The notes under the pieces: generated by a model
Databases searched by the model: none
Told to the model about the DNA's origin: nothing
The model's input: only the letters and a program-made list of their open reading frames with translations
Part shown: positions 51,400 to 61,400 of the stretch, piece by piece
How the letters are laid out: every line of letters begins with the position of its first letter
How positions within the stretch are numbered: position 1 is the first letter of the stretch
Assembly (NCBI GenBank): GCA_964106915.2
Contig: OZ066914.1
DNA from: Podarcis gaigeae
Taxonomy: Eukaryota
Strand: one strand, 5' to 3'
Length of the DNA: 64,000 nt
Translations under genes and position numbers: made by a program

Positions 51400-53622
51400 A
51401 TATTCCATGAACTATTCTCTCAAGTGGATGAAGACTAATAACACAATAACACAGGCTTGTGTGACTCCTGGGAAGATGAAACAGAGCCCAGGTTTCCTGC
51501 TGCTTCTGAAGCAAAACATTCCAAGGCTAATTGGGGTGAGAGTGGGAGAAGCAGCTGGGCATCTCAAAATTTTAGAGCGCATATTTAAGATCACACATGG
51601 GTTTTACTCTAGATCAATTCATCAAGGACAAATCATATTCGTGTTTTTTGTCCTCCTCACAATGTATATCTGTGTGTGTGTGTGCGCGCGCGCATGAACA
51701 CACACACACACACCACACTTTTTATCCCATCCTTCTTCCAAGTAACTCAAAGGCTTTTATCCTCAAAAATTCTCGGATGCAGGTGAGGCTGAGAACACAC
51801 AAATGACCTGAGTTACCGCAGTCAACTTTGTAGCTAAGCAGGGATGTGAATCTACCTAAGTTAAACATGGTAGCACTACACCACACACAAGCAATGTTAC
51901 AGCCATAAAGGTCCTTTAAAACAATTATTATTATTATTATTATTAATAATAATAATAATCTTTGCCACTTCAGAATGCTTTTCCTAGTCTCTCTCTCCCT
52001 CTCTCTGTTTGTTTTTGTGTGAGTATGTGTGTGTGTGTGTTGTGAAATTGTATAAAGGGACATTAAAGCCATATATGTCATCTTTTGTGCGCATCTTAAT
52101 ACATTAATTGGTCAGAGCTGCTGCTCGTTTCACACAAAGACCTTTTACAGGAATCTGGCTCCTCCATTATTCAAACACCATATCCAACTGGCAATTCTTA
52201 GCCAAGGTAAAAGGTAACCTGCAATACCAAACGGACTTTGTGGGAAGATGCAGTAAAACAGCCAGCTCTTTGATGGAAGAGAACCACATGAAGGATCCCT
52301 TTTTCATGACAGATCCCTTATTCAACCACATTACACCTCTATTGGGGGTAGGGGAACAGGAAGCAGGAAGGGAAGGGTCACGGCAGCCAGGAGACCAATG
52401 CAGTGCAGAGGTGTAAAATGTTACAGTTGGAAACTCCCATGTTCAAATCCCTGCTTGGCTATGATGCTTACTGGGTGTCCTTGGGTGACTCACTTTCTTT
52501 CAGCCGAAAGAACTCAGAATTTCTTGGAGGAAGAGTCAGGCAGAAGTGCAACTGGCGGAAATGGGGGGGGGGGGAGAGACCCACTGCACCTGTCCTGTTC
52601 TCAGAAAGACACAGCTCAAGACACAGCTTCTTTCATAACTGATCAATCTGCAAGGAAGCACTGTGGTTGTGCGTCAGGGCTGTGCTGGTCCTCTCCCCTC
52701 CACCTCTACCCCAAAGAGCTTAGTACCCCTGATAAAGCCATACATACGGCAGTAGGGCTCTGCAACCTTCAGGGGAGTCGCTGCCGCAGCCATTGTGAGC
52801 AAGATCCATTCCCAGGCATTTATGGGTAGTCAACGCCAGCCAAGTGGTCCCTAGAGGAACCTTCCACCTCCTGGCAGCCCTCCGTGTCCTGCATGACTGG
52901 AGCAAAGCACCCGGCTTGGGGGTTTCACTTGAGCGCCGCCTCTGGCTCAAGCATCTGTAGCGGCCTTGAAGCCCGTAGGCTGCTCTGCTGTGCACAAACT
53001 CTGCTGGGAGGAGGTGGGAGGACCTGCGGCGCAGGTAATGAGGGTCTCGCAGGAGAAGCCTCAGGTCGGCAGGGTGCTGCGTGGCAGGACCGGGACACCG
53101 CGAAAGCTCGGCTTGCAGCTCCTTCCTCTCCTGCTCCGCTCTCAGGCCAGATCCTTCAGAGCCTGAAGAGGCAGCTTCCTCACTCCAGTCGCTCTCCTCA
53201 AGCCCCTCCTTGGGGGACTCTGAGCTGGAGCTCTCAGTGCAAGGCGACTGCCTCTTTCCTTCCGCCTCATACACCTGGATGAGGCTGGCCAGCAGCAAGG
53301 AGGGCCCTATTAGATGAGTATCTATGGTGCGTACTCGCCCCCCGCGCTTCTTCTGGACGGAAAACCGAGGACTCAGGCGAGGGGTCGTGGTGCTGGATCG
53401 CCTCCTGCTGGAGCTCGCCCTGAGTTTGTGCCGGGAGCCCAAGCAAGACAGCCCTTGCAGGTGAGTGCAGGATTTGCGGCGGTGTTGCGTTAGGGTGGCA
53501 GAGGGCTGCCCCACCACAGAGCGCCGCCTTGCTTTGCTGGCCGGCAGGGCCACCACACTGGTGCGCCGGGGCCCTAGCGGCACAGTCTTCTTCCTGAAGT
53601 GCCTTTTGAAAAAGGATTCCAT
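10903..53622 (-). CDS. DGKZ: Diacylglycerol kinase zeta (type IV DGK), spliced CDS of 31 exons, zeta-2 type N-terminus, 1182 aa
   Basis: Exons translate to DGKZ-specific sequence ([12 protein letters not shown]1 domains, [37 protein letters not shown], ankyrin repeats, QREDQETAV*). All junctions are GT-AG, phases are consistent and the summed length of 3549 nt is divisible by 3. Confidence 0.97.
12613..12674. repeat. Compound microsatellite (CT)n(CA)n
   Basis: Direct observation. Confidence 0.95.
14658..14757 (-). CDS. DGKZ: DGKZ exon 30 ([33 protein letters not shown]), ankyrin repeat
   Basis: 100 nt, cag/gtaaga. Confidence 0.96.
15041..15340 (+). mobile_element. L2 LINE 3' fragment
   Basis: Encodes ARTLRS...[18 protein letters not shown]...[10 protein letters not shown], followed by an L2-type 3' UTR. 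Confidence 0.9.
15421..15457 (-). CDS. DGKZ: DGKZ exon 29 ([13 protein letters not shown])
   Basis: 37 nt, cag/gtaagc. Confidence 0.94.
16245..16340 (-). mobile_element. MIR/CORE-SINE remnant
   Basis: cccattttacagatggaaagctgaggc...caaggtcataca core motif. Confidence 0.65.
16456..16576 (-). CDS. DGKZ: DGKZ exon 28 ([40 protein letters not shown]), ankyrin repeat
   Basis: 121 nt, cag/gtaagc. Confidence 0.96.
16901..17050 (+). mobile_element. tRNA-Lys(CTT)-derived SINE with CR1-type tail
   Basis: Head resembles tRNA-Lys (tagctcagttgatagaacatgagactcttaatctcagggttgagggttcgagccccac), followed by ggtcccttccaactctacaattctgtgat. Confidence 0.85.
17355..17625 (-). mobile_element. CR1 LINE 3' fragment (old)
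   Basis: Similar to 26325-26605, with caagagccctactggat...aatttgtctaat...gccatccatgttggtggtcatcacc. Confidence 0.65.
17683..18188. mobile_element. Non-autonomous DNA transposon (MITE) with ~24-bp TIRs
   Basis: cctggtttgcacataatgctaaac versus gtttagtgttatgtgcaaaccagg, with internal aaccatggttt motifs. Confidence 0.8.
18803..18846 (-). CDS. DGKZ: DGKZ exon 27 ([15 protein letters not shown]), ankyrin region start
   Basis: 44 nt, cag/gtaaca. Confidence 0.94.
20852..20883 (-). CDS. DGKZ: DGKZ exon 26 ([11 protein letters not shown])
   Basis: 32 nt, long U-tract acceptor, AAG|gtgaga, supplies the phase 2 to 1 shift needed to keep frame. Confidence 0.9.
21497..21678 (-). CDS. DGKZ: DGKZ exon 25 ([21 protein letters not shown]...[10 protein letters not shown]), Pro/Ser/Thr-rich linker
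   Basis: 182 nt, cag/gtgagg, phase 0 to 2. Confidence 0.92.
22587..22627 (-). CDS. DGKZ: DGKZ exon 24 ([14 protein letters not shown])
   Basis: 41 nt, tag/gtgagt. Confidence 0.95.
25072..25272 (+). mobile_element. L2 LINE 3' fragment
   Basis: [17 protein letters not shown]...FRRHLKA, same family as 15041. Confidence 0.85.
26325..26605 (-). mobile_element. CR1 LINE 3' fragment
   Basis: gtaagaagagcctccctggatcag...atgaatttgcctgattctcttttaaagccat...gagttccagagtttaact. Confidence 0.7.
28716..28785 (-). CDS. DGKZ: DGKZ exon 23 ([23 protein letters not shown])
   Basis: 70 nt, cag/gtgagt. Confidence 0.95.
29047..29091 (-). CDS. DGKZ: Candidate DGKZ cassette exon ([15 protein letters not shown]), 45 nt, phase 0-0
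   Basis: Strong acceptor ccttccctttccacag, donor GAG|gtgtgt, open and frame-preserving between exons 22 and 23. Absent from human DGKZ as recalled. Confidence 0.55.
30582..30661 (-). CDS. DGKZ: DGKZ exon 22 ([27 protein letters not shown])
   Basis: 80 nt, cag/gtgaga. Confidence 0.96.
31030..31150 (-). mobile_element. Penelope-like element terminal fragment with 14-bp flanking duplication
   Basis: ggtagccgtgttggtctg...gcaccttaaagaccaac...gagctttcgtg. cagggaattttgat occurs at 31016-31029 and 31151-31164. Confidence 0.8.
31402..31502 (-). CDS. DGKZ: DGKZ exon 21 ([34 protein letters not shown])
   Basis: 101 nt, cag/gtgagt. Confidence 0.95.
32925..33124 (-). CDS. DGKZ: DGKZ exon 20 ([17 protein letters not shown]...QVDGEP...RRNSMPLLN)
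   Basis: 200 nt, tag/gtaggt. Confidence 0.96.
33739..33850 (-). CDS. DGKZ: DGKZ exon 19 ([37 protein letters not shown])
   Basis: 112 nt, cag/gtaagc. Confidence 0.96.
33977..34050 (-). CDS. DGKZ: DGKZ exon 18 ([25 protein letters not shown])
   Basis: 74 nt, tag/gtgagt. Confidence 0.96.
34298..34360 (-). CDS. DGKZ: DGKZ exon 17 ([21 protein letters not shown])
   Basis: 63 nt, cag/gtgagt. Confidence 0.96.
34798..34853 (-). CDS. DGKZ: DGKZ exon 16 ([19 protein letters not shown])
   Basis: 56 nt, cag/gtaagt. Confidence 0.96.
35322..35400 (-). CDS. DGKZ: DGKZ exon 15 ([26 protein letters not shown])
   Basis: 79 nt, tag/gtaaat. Confidence 0.96.
35740..36200 (-). mobile_element. L1 LINE 3' fragment
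   Basis: [45 protein letters not shown] is a squamate L1 ORF2 C-terminus, followed by 3' UTR. Confidence 0.8.
36448..36588 (-). CDS. DGKZ: DGKZ exon 14 ([17 protein letters not shown]...DETAADK)
   Basis: 141 nt, cag/gtgagg. Confidence 0.96.
36872..36985 (-). CDS. DGKZ: DGKZ exon 13 ([38 protein letters not shown])
   Basis: 114 nt, tag/gtaaga. Confidence 0.96.
37794..37854 (-). CDS. DGKZ: DGKZ exon 12 ([20 protein letters not shown]), ATP-binding GGDG motif
   Basis: 61 nt, cag/gtaagt. Confidence 0.96.
38881..38963 (-). CDS. DGKZ: DGKZ exon 11 ([28 protein letters not shown])
   Basis: 83 nt, tag/gtgagt. Confidence 0.96.
39095..39190 (-). CDS. DGKZ: DGKZ exon 10 ([32 protein letters not shown]), start of catalytic domain
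   Basis: 96 nt, cag/gtaagt. Confidence 0.96.
41154..41225 (-). CDS. DGKZ: DGKZ exon 9, MARCKS-PSD-like basic domain / NLS ([24 protein letters not shown])
   Basis: 72 nt, tag/gtcaga. Confidence 0.95.
41324..41440 (-). CDS. DGKZ: DGKZ exon 8 ([39 protein letters not shown])
   Basis: 117 nt, cag/gtaggt. Confidence 0.96.
41790..41861 (-). CDS. DGKZ: DGKZ exon 7 ([24 protein letters not shown])
   Basis: 72 nt, cag/gtgagt. Confidence 0.96.
42016..42435 (+). mobile_element. L1 LINE 3' fragment with (AAAT)n tail
   Basis: [30 protein letters not shown]-like coding remnant, related to the 35740 element. Confidence 0.8.
42436..42900 (-). mobile_element. L2 LINE 3' fragment
   Basis: [28 protein letters not shown]...[17 protein letters not shown]. 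Confidence 0.88.
43282..43533 (+). mobile_element. RTE-related non-autonomous repeat remnant
   Basis: ggagaaggaaaactctgat...aaggctaaggagtaaac pattern and terminal gatgccaacaa. Family assignment is by recall only. Confidence 0.45.
43892..43960 (-). CDS. DGKZ: DGKZ exon 6 ([23 protein letters not shown]), C1b
   Basis: 69 nt, cag/gtgagg. Confidence 0.96.
45401..45624. mobile_element. Tc1/mariner (Tigger-like) MITE
   Basis: TA|cagtggtacctcgg ... ccaaggtacgactg|TA. Confidence 0.88.
46498..46554 (-). CDS. DGKZ: DGKZ exon 5 ([19 protein letters not shown])
   Basis: 57 nt, cag/gtaaga. Confidence 0.96.
47108..47185 (-). CDS. DGKZ: DGKZ exon 4 ([26 protein letters not shown])
   Basis: 78 nt, cag/gtgagt. 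Confidence 0.96.
48000..48391 (-). mobile_element. CR1 LINE 3' end
   Basis: [30 protein letters not shown]...FKYLKG...[11 protein letters not shown], with terminal agagttggaaggg. Confidence 0.92.
49076..49112. repeat. (CA)n microsatellite
   Basis: Direct observation. Confidence 0.95.
49456..49551 (-). CDS. DGKZ: DGKZ exon 3 ([32 protein letters not shown]), start of C1a
   Basis: 96 nt, cag/gtaagt boundaries. Confidence 0.96.
49870..50234 (+). mobile_element. Full-length Sauria SINE with 14-bp TSD
   Basis: tRNA-like head and (ACCTTT)n tail. TSD tacaagcacgacat at 49856-49869 and 50235-50248. Confidence 0.95.
50550..50650 (-). mobile_element. Degenerate 5S rRNA-derived SINE head
   Basis: Reverse complement gaagccaagcaggtctggtcagtgcctgtatgggaa resembles the 5S internal control region. 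Confidence 0.45.
50794..50902 (-). CDS. DGKZ: DGKZ exon 2 ([11 protein letters not shown]...RSTVDWS)
   Basis: 109 nt, tctttcag acceptor, gtaagt donor, phase 2 to 0. Confidence 0.96.
51369..51396. repeat. (GT)n microsatellite
   Basis: Direct observation. Confidence 0.95.
52748..53622 (-). CDS. DGKZ: DGKZ alternative first coding exon, zeta-2 (long N-terminus) type
   Basis: [12 protein letters not shown]...KARRRS...[12 protein letters not shown]...RALL resembles the human long isoform (METFFRRHFR...KARRRS...YLRRASSHLLPA...SALLA). Donor CC|GTATGT gives 875 nt, phase 2, matching exon 2. Confidence 0.9.
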
Positions 53623-53943
53623 AGCAAATGGGGGCTGTTGACAAAGAAACCAGGTGTTTTAAATGAGGACTCACCCTCCCACCTACCTAAATAATAAACA
53701 TTATTATGATTACCTGGCCTTCAAGATCTAAATGAATAAATCATGGGGCACCCCAGACCCCAAGCACTACTTGGACACCAGCCCCGGCCCTCCCTGACCC
53801 TCCAAGCTCCAGCCAATTATTTTCGGCCATAACCAGTCCTGTGTCAGGGCTTCTGACGCCCAAACCATAAGACATCTAGTACCCTCTCACTCAGTGGAGC
53901 CAAGTCACCCAAAATATCCAATTCACCACAGAGCACTAGGGGA

Positions 53944-53988
53944 AGAGAAAGAGAAAGAGAAAGAGAAAGAGAAAGAGAAAGAGAAAGA
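53944..53988. repeat. (AGAGAA)n hexamer microsatellite upstream of the zeta-2 exon
   Basis: About 7 tandem copies. Confidence 0.92.
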
Positions 53989-55506
53989 GTTTCACTTATG
54001 GGGAGATTACTGAGCCAGAAAACAAGTACTGGTGTTATTGTTATTTGTGGCCAATCTGAATGTGGGAAAATGCAAGAACTGAAAACAGTGCTGAAATGGC
54101 TACCATGTGACAATTGGTGGTTCCCAACGCAAACTCTGAGGCACATGGGTGAAATCTAAGTGTCAGCAAGTCAACGGTTCATACTAAAAGGAGGTGCTTT
54201 GGCTCCATGGACTTTTTCTGCATCTGCTATATCCCATAATGAGCAACAAGCATTTATATAAAGACACCACCACTTCTATATAAATATGCAAAAAAATAGG
54301 AAGCAGCTAACCTTAAATGAGGTGTCAAGGATAAAAGCTGCTTAGGCTACTTCTGTTCTATTTTAAAACAGCCTGGGCCTGAGTGCAAACAAAATACACA
54401 TTGGTTCAATCTGCTTCCTGCTTGTCAACTGTACACAGAAGATCAAAACTGGAAGAACAGAACATTTTCCATTTCGTGAAATTTAAAGCTCAGTTTAGAG
54501 AATTTGGTCCAATAAAAAAACAGCCAGAAGCAGACTAAGAATGAGACAAAAGATGACAAAAGATGCGTCTGTGAAGCAACAGCAGAGCTCTATTGATGCC
54601 TAATAATGGAACAACAGGAATTCTTTTTCTTTTCTTTTTCTTTTAACTACTTGCCAGCACTCACTGTGCTCAATGCTCAATGAATAACTGCTCAGAGTTC
54701 TAAAATACAATTGTACCCGAGGTCTCTTATCTTTCTATATCTGCAACAAGCACTCTGTTCAATCCCAAGTGTAAAGCACATTTTAGGTCCCTGTTAGTCA
54801 TACTCTCTATATGATGGGAGTAAACTTCAAAAAGATTGCTTTTTTTTCAAGCAACAGTAATTCTTAATAGTCAGAAGTATCCAAATCTCACTGCAAGGCT
54901 CAGCAACCATTCCAATCTGCAACTTGATAGTCATACGTTTTGTGCAGAGCAAAAATGACTCATGTTTCTTGATTTAATCTATAGCTCCTAGTTTTGATAG
55001 GATATCAAAAGACAGTAATGTGATGATATCCAGGTATCCCACACACCTGCCATGAGGCCAAAACTTTTCAGAAGTCTGTTAAAACTGGGCAGGCAGATTA
55101 TGTGGAAGTTACCCTGCGTTAGCATTTCTTTCAAGCAGTCACTTTTCACAGCAAGTAATTAGAGATTCCTTTACATTTACATTTAGCTCCTACATACAGC
55201 AATGAAAATGTCTCTGTCACTCAAATCTGGGCAGCCCAATTTGTGTATTATACAATTTGTTTGTTAATTATACTATAAATACGAGGCATTTTCTAAGAGC
55301 TGCCCCTTGCACATGCTACAAAAGGTTGAGAAAGAAGCAGTGGAAAACTCTTCTTGCCTTGACATTTGCTCATGGCACTAAATAACAGTCCTCTATTACT
55401 CTTGCATTATTTGTATAGTGAAACCAGTTATACACAACGTGCCCTTTCAGCTGTCATTGTTCCTTAAGGCTGAGAACACAGCAAAGCATGCAATGTGACT
55501 CCTATA

Positions 55507-55773
55507 GTAAAGGTAAAGGACTTCTAGATGGTAAAGTCCAGTCAAATTCAACTATAAGGTGCAGCGCTCATGTCCGCTTTCGGGCTAAGGGAGCCGGAGT
55601 TTGTCCGCAGACAGCTTTCCAGGTCATGTGGCCAGCATGACTAAACCGCTTCTGGTGCAACGAAACGCCATAACGAGTGCCGGAGCACACGGAAAATCTG
55701 TTTACCTTTCCAACACAGTAGTACCTATTTATCTACTCGTGTGGATATGCTTTCGAACTGCTAGGTTGGGAGG
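55507..55773 (-). mobile_element. Sauria SINE, 5'-truncated
   Basis: gtaaaggtaaagg tail and gtcatgtggccagcatgactaaaccgcttctgg body. Confidence 0.88.
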
Positions 55774-57375
55774 AAGACTACTATGACAGGCTGCTGTGTC
55801 TTGCTGCTTGACAGTTAAAAGTTACAAGGGGGAATCCTTGCTTTTCTCCCACATTTTGAAACCTTGGCAGAACAAAGCACTCTCCCTTAGCCTGTAGAAT
55901 TCAGCCCAGATTTGAAGGAAATGTAATACCTTCAGAGTCAGCAGTAGTAAAGCTAAAACAACACAATTTTATTGGGAATAAATGCTGGCATTTTGTTCTT
56001 CAAATCTATTCAATTCAATTCAGTTTAATGGCATGTATTGTAAAGTAATTGTGGATAGGATTGCTGCCTTAAACATATATTTAAACTCATTAATTTTTAA
56101 AAATCAGCTTCGCAGCCAGGGTTCATTGTGCCTCCCCACCTCTTCTTGTACAGCAAACACATGTGCATTAACTTTCCCAAGCACCTGAGTATTACTTGTC
56201 CCTTTGATTCTCAAGAGAATGTTATGGGTATTGGTGGTTTAATCCTTTCACATCCAGGATAGAAATGCAGTAACCTTTTTGTACCTCCTCTGCCAGCCTC
56301 CAGCACAGCAGGATAGTAATAATTTGTTTTGGGGTTTGGTGGGCTTATATACAAAGCTGCCTAACACTATCCTTTCACTCCAGCAAACTGAATGTTACTG
56401 AAGATTCCCAAGTCAAAACATACACTGAAGATCAGTAAGAGACCACACAGGGATAATTAATTCTGAATTTTAGAGCCTGTGCAGTGTGACCACAAGCAGA
56501 CCATAAGGGAAGTTATGTCCCACTGAATTTGGCAAGATTTGCTCCTGAACATTGGTACGAGTACACAGAAACATATTCCTGATGTGAATAAAAGTTTTCC
56601 CGGACTTCAGTCTGTTTGTGACAGTACAGCATGTGCTGGTATCCTGTCAGAGCTTTGAAATACTCATTATGGCATAAGCTTTTTTGCACTATAGTGCACT
56701 TCATCCTGCATCTAACAGAGTAGGCTCTAGTCCATGAAAATTTACACCAACACCACAATAAATCTCTTAGTCTTTAACTAACACTTAGTAGGTTTTGCTG
56801 CAACAGCCTAACACAGCTATCCCTCAGGAACATATTGCTGAAAACTGAGTTTCGGAACAAATCTGTTGTTCTAGTATATTGTTTAGCTTTAAGTTCATAA
56901 GTTTATTGTTTTAGTGATGTATTCCATCTGAGGTTGACCAAGAATGCAAAGTCTGTCTGCCTATGGGCTGGTTTTCTTGAGCTGGCCATCCAAGACTGCA
57001 GTGGGCATCACATACAGCTCTATAAAGGCAATTCCTGAGGAAGCTGGTGAGGAGTTTGGTCAATAAACTAGCTTTAAAAATCTCTGTTCTCAAGAGTGGA
57101 TACCGAGGGGGAAATCTGGTGTTTCTAATTAGTTGCAGGTCCCTTGAGTCAATCCCTAAGTAGACACTTATTCAGGGTTAAAGCAGAACTCAGTTCTGGA
57201 AAATAATAATGGACTGAAACATCTTGACAAGCTGCTTTCAAGAGTTGGTTTTCACCCAATTCCATATAGCACAGTGTAGGAAAACACTCAATAGGCATAG
57301 TAGCATTTTTAAAAAAAAATATATACTTTAACTAAACTCAATCCGCTTTTGTCTTAATTGCTGGCCACCCAGATT

Positions 57376-58400
57376 CTATATGAAGAAAAGCTGCTGATAT
57401 TCCTGATGGTAGAGAGTATAGCTTCCGGGGGGGGGGGGGGATATTTTGCACGGTTTCCAAAACCTTAATGGCGTGTGAATCAGTGACACAGATTTCAACG
57501 CCATGGCATAGAGCATTTGAGCAAGCACTTTGTTACCAAGTATCTTTAGGGCAGGTTCCATTACCTGCCCTCCCTTACTGTAACTGAACTTAATCAATGC
57601 TCCTATGGTTTTTGTGCTCTGCCTCCATATGACACTTTCCAAGAGAGGGCTTCACTAAAGGGTAGACCCAGGTATCTAAATGAATGAGTCTGTTCTATAG
57701 TTTTCTGATCTAAACACCACTTATACCTAGGACTGTGTTTGCCAGAAGTAATAATCTTGGTTTTAGAGTAATTTATAGATAGGATTTCCTGTTTACCGTA
57801 TATGCTGATCACCTCCATGAGATTTCTGAGGCCCAATCAAGAAAGAGGGAAGCACTAAAATTATCTGTATACATCAAGACTGAGATCTTTCTGTTTGTAA
57901 TTACTGGGGGGGGGGGGAGAGGTTGCAATGGCCAAATATGACACCAAATCATTACTATAAAAGTTAAAAATAGTGGGAGCCAGAATGCAAACTTGCTTCA
58001 TTCCTCTCGAAGTCTTAAAAGCATCGGTCATACCATCATTTAAACCTACTCTGACCCTCATTTCTGTGTTACTGTACAGTTCTTGGATCAATAGCAGAAG
58101 TCTGCAGCCAACGTTGGCAATTTGAATTTTCTCCCACGGTCTATTTCAATTAGGAGTCGAATGCAGCAGAAAGATCAATCTCAATGTATATTTCCTTACA
58201 ATATTGTTCAGAGTAAAACACTGATCAATGGCGCTGTATCTTCCTCTGAACCCTGCTTGTTCTTCATGAATAATGTTGTTACTTTGCAACCAGCCTGACA
58301 ATTTTTGAAGGAGATACCAGGAATATAGCTTTGCAGAGATGTCTAACAAGCTAATTGGCTGATAGTTTGTTGAGCATTCCTACCTCCTTTCTTATAAATC
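57376..58400 (-). mobile_element. Decayed non-LTR retrotransposon reverse-transcriptase region (RTE/RTE-X-like)
   Basis: Frameshifted ORFs carry RT motifs in order: IHEEQAGFR, RGMKQVCILAPTIFNFY, LMYTDN (degenerate YADD), INYSKTK, FRYLG. Confidence 0.85.
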
Positions 58401-61400
58401 CGGAAACTGATAGTCATTTTCCAATGTTGTTTATAGTGGTAAATAAGCCACTCAGGATAGGCACCCAACCACTCTGCATATTCCTTATAGAGCTCAGGTG
58501 GAAGCTTTTATCTTCTCCAAGAGCTTTATTTTATTTCAAGCAGGAAACCGGGCCTTTATCTCATTATAGGAGGCTGGTTGTCATATTCAGGTAGGTTTGA
58601 GAAATCCTTACACACTGCTGGTACATGTGATTGCCCACCAAATACATTGGGAGAAATATTTAACCCAATCAGATGCAGGAATCAAGGCTTTCTGTAGTGA
58701 TCTCACTTCATTTAAACCCAAGAATTTGTCTTCCTTCTGCTACATTACTGCTAGTCCCAATTCCTGCCTTTCCTTTGTAATATTCATGACACCCCCCCCT
58801 CCTTCCTATCTCTTTGATAAACAGACCAGGACTATACTCATATAACAGCTGTCAAGTGAGGACACCCCTGTAGCCAGAGAGGGGCAAACTGATGCACCAC
58901 CTCGCCTCTCGAGCTGTGCTTCCCCACCCTCTGTATTTGGGGGAATTTTTGTTTGTGTGTGACATGACAGCCTCCATTTAAAGAATGACAGCTTTAAGAA
59001 CAGGAGCAATTTACGAATAAAACCTCTGAAAAATTCAGTGAACAAGTCAGGACAAGTGCACAACAAAAGCCTCATCTGGGAGAGCCCCCCAAATTCTGCT
59101 CACTCAAGACTTTCCCTGACTGAGGGTGGGTTTTTCATTATCACAATCATCCTGTAATCCCTTAAGCGATTCTGAAAAAACCAGGCAGTACTGATCCTTG
59201 AAGAGTTAAATATTAGAACTTTGTATTATGGGCTAGTCTACCTCAGATTCTCCTTTTGCTCTGCTTTTCAGTTTAAGTTGCGTTCTCTAGTCAGCCAGCA
59301 ATAAGGAAGCATGCCTGCAGTAAAAAGTAAGAATTTGTTTATTCTGCAGTTATTATGATGAGCACAGGAGGATTGCTGAAAAGGTGTACTGTGAACCTAC
59401 CATGGAGAAAGCTCACATGTACACAAAGTATTTTTATAAGTTTATAAAATGACATCTACAATGTAGTAAATATTTTACAAAGTTAAGGACTCTGTCTCTC
59501 TGACTTCAACAAGTTATGCATATTTTTCTCAGCATCACTCTCCCTAAATGCTCAACCATGGTTGCATTGTAACACACTCTTACTTTGCTTTTAAACCTGC
59601 TTTTGTTTGTATTGGTGTTGCGATACAATATTAAAATTTATTTTTTGAGATACCTCCTCACTAATTTTTAACCTGTAAATTACAGCATAAACTAATTTGT
59701 TTGCTTTACACCTTTTGGTATCCCGCTTGTTCACTGTATCCCTAACACCCTGGCAAAACAAAACATATGCCTGTCATTTAATTAACTAAACTTTCTGTTA
59801 ACCTGCATAATTAGCTATGTAAAGGTCAGGTTAGCAAACTCCCTGTATTAACTTACATAACACTCCCCTTTAGGAATGGGGCTGCCCCACCTATGGAGCT
59901 GAGAGAAGAGATCTTACATAAACCAACCTGACTTTCACGTTGAACCTCAACATGAGTTTCAAACCTCCTATCAGGCTGGCAGAAGAATTCATTTAACAAG
60001 CAAGACTTTTTTATGAACAAAACCCGTACTACATTTTGCCGAACTGAATGATATAATAATCTATAGTGTTTGTGTGATGAGAATGAAAAGCTTTAGGTGG
60101 AATTAAACATCATGTTATGGTGATTGTCCTGTCATGACAAACATTGCAGCTTGCTAGGTGGAACGATCCTCACAGGCTGTTCTCCTGACACCCCCCCCCC
60201 CCCGAGCCAATTCTGGGGAGCGTTGGGGGAGGAGAGGACAGGGGTGGAAGGCCTTGCAAAAGCCTTATGCTGGTGGGACTTAGGTGAATCATGCTCTTTG
60301 TGTCTCTGAAACTGTAGATATCGTAAATATTAGTTCGTGTGAAGCAAAACTTATTTTTTATTATTAATCATTATATTTATGGATTGCCATACCATCAAGA
60401 TACCATCACAATGTACAATGAGTAATAAGCAACAAAATTACATCTGAAACTAAAACATATTCAAAACTGAAATATCCACAAAGCAACAAACCACACAGCA
60501 GCTGCTGCATATCTAATTGAAAATGGCCTATTGCATTTACTCAGAGTGCTGCTAATCCATACTGAATCTTTGCAGCGGAAATAAGAACATTTGTTGTTCT
60601 AGCATTTTTGCGTATCTGAATATGCTGCATAAAGAAGTCTTACAGAATTTATTTCTGATATCCTTAAAGTCAGGGGGGGGGGGGGGAGAAAGAGAGAGCA
60701 ACACGCAACATGCACACACAGTTTCTCTAAAGGCCCTGATTCCGGATCATAAGCCCTTTCACTAGCAAAGCTTGGGGCTTTGATCTGCTAATGATCTGTA
60801 ATCAGGGTTGTGATAAGCTTAACTTAATGGGGCATGTTTTCCTTTCAAAAGGCAGCTGAAACTCCAGCTTAATAACCAAGCTGGGTCAAGTCACACAAAG
60901 CATGTTCCTTCCTCTCAGCCTTCTAGCAGGAAGTGTGGGTGCCGAGATCAAGTTCCACACATTTCACTGTATCTTGCCTTATTCCCTAGAGCTAAGCAGA
61001 GCCAGGAGAAAGTTCAGCGCAAAGGGCTGTCAACTGAGATATCCCCAAATCCAAGGAGAGTTCCAGCTTATTGCTCTGCACTGTCTTAACACCACCCCCT
61101 GCATACAATAGGCTTGGCAATCCCCAGACACAACTCCCAACTCAGGAATCCTACAAGTCACTAGGCAGTTGACTACAAAGGCTCCAACCATCAGTGCCCC
61201 CTGTACGTCTTTTGGTGTGTAGAATGAATGATGTGTAAAATGTGGGTATTCCTGTGGCCCTCGCTTTGCCATTTACCCCTAGAGTAAGACACAAAGCCTG
61301 TTGTATGCAGCTAGCCTGGGACTAGTTTACTTGCAACACAGGTTAAGAGAGGGCACAGGAATGTCCATTTCTCTCCCTTCCAAAAGGCAACAGACTGCAA

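Noticed and set aside
52720-53622. Stand-alone 300-aa gene
   Set aside because: It is the DGKZ zeta-2 exon read a few codons past its phase-2 donor
56705-56830. Second hammerhead in a Penelope remnant
   Set aside because: Core decayed (ctaacaga instead of CUGANGA)
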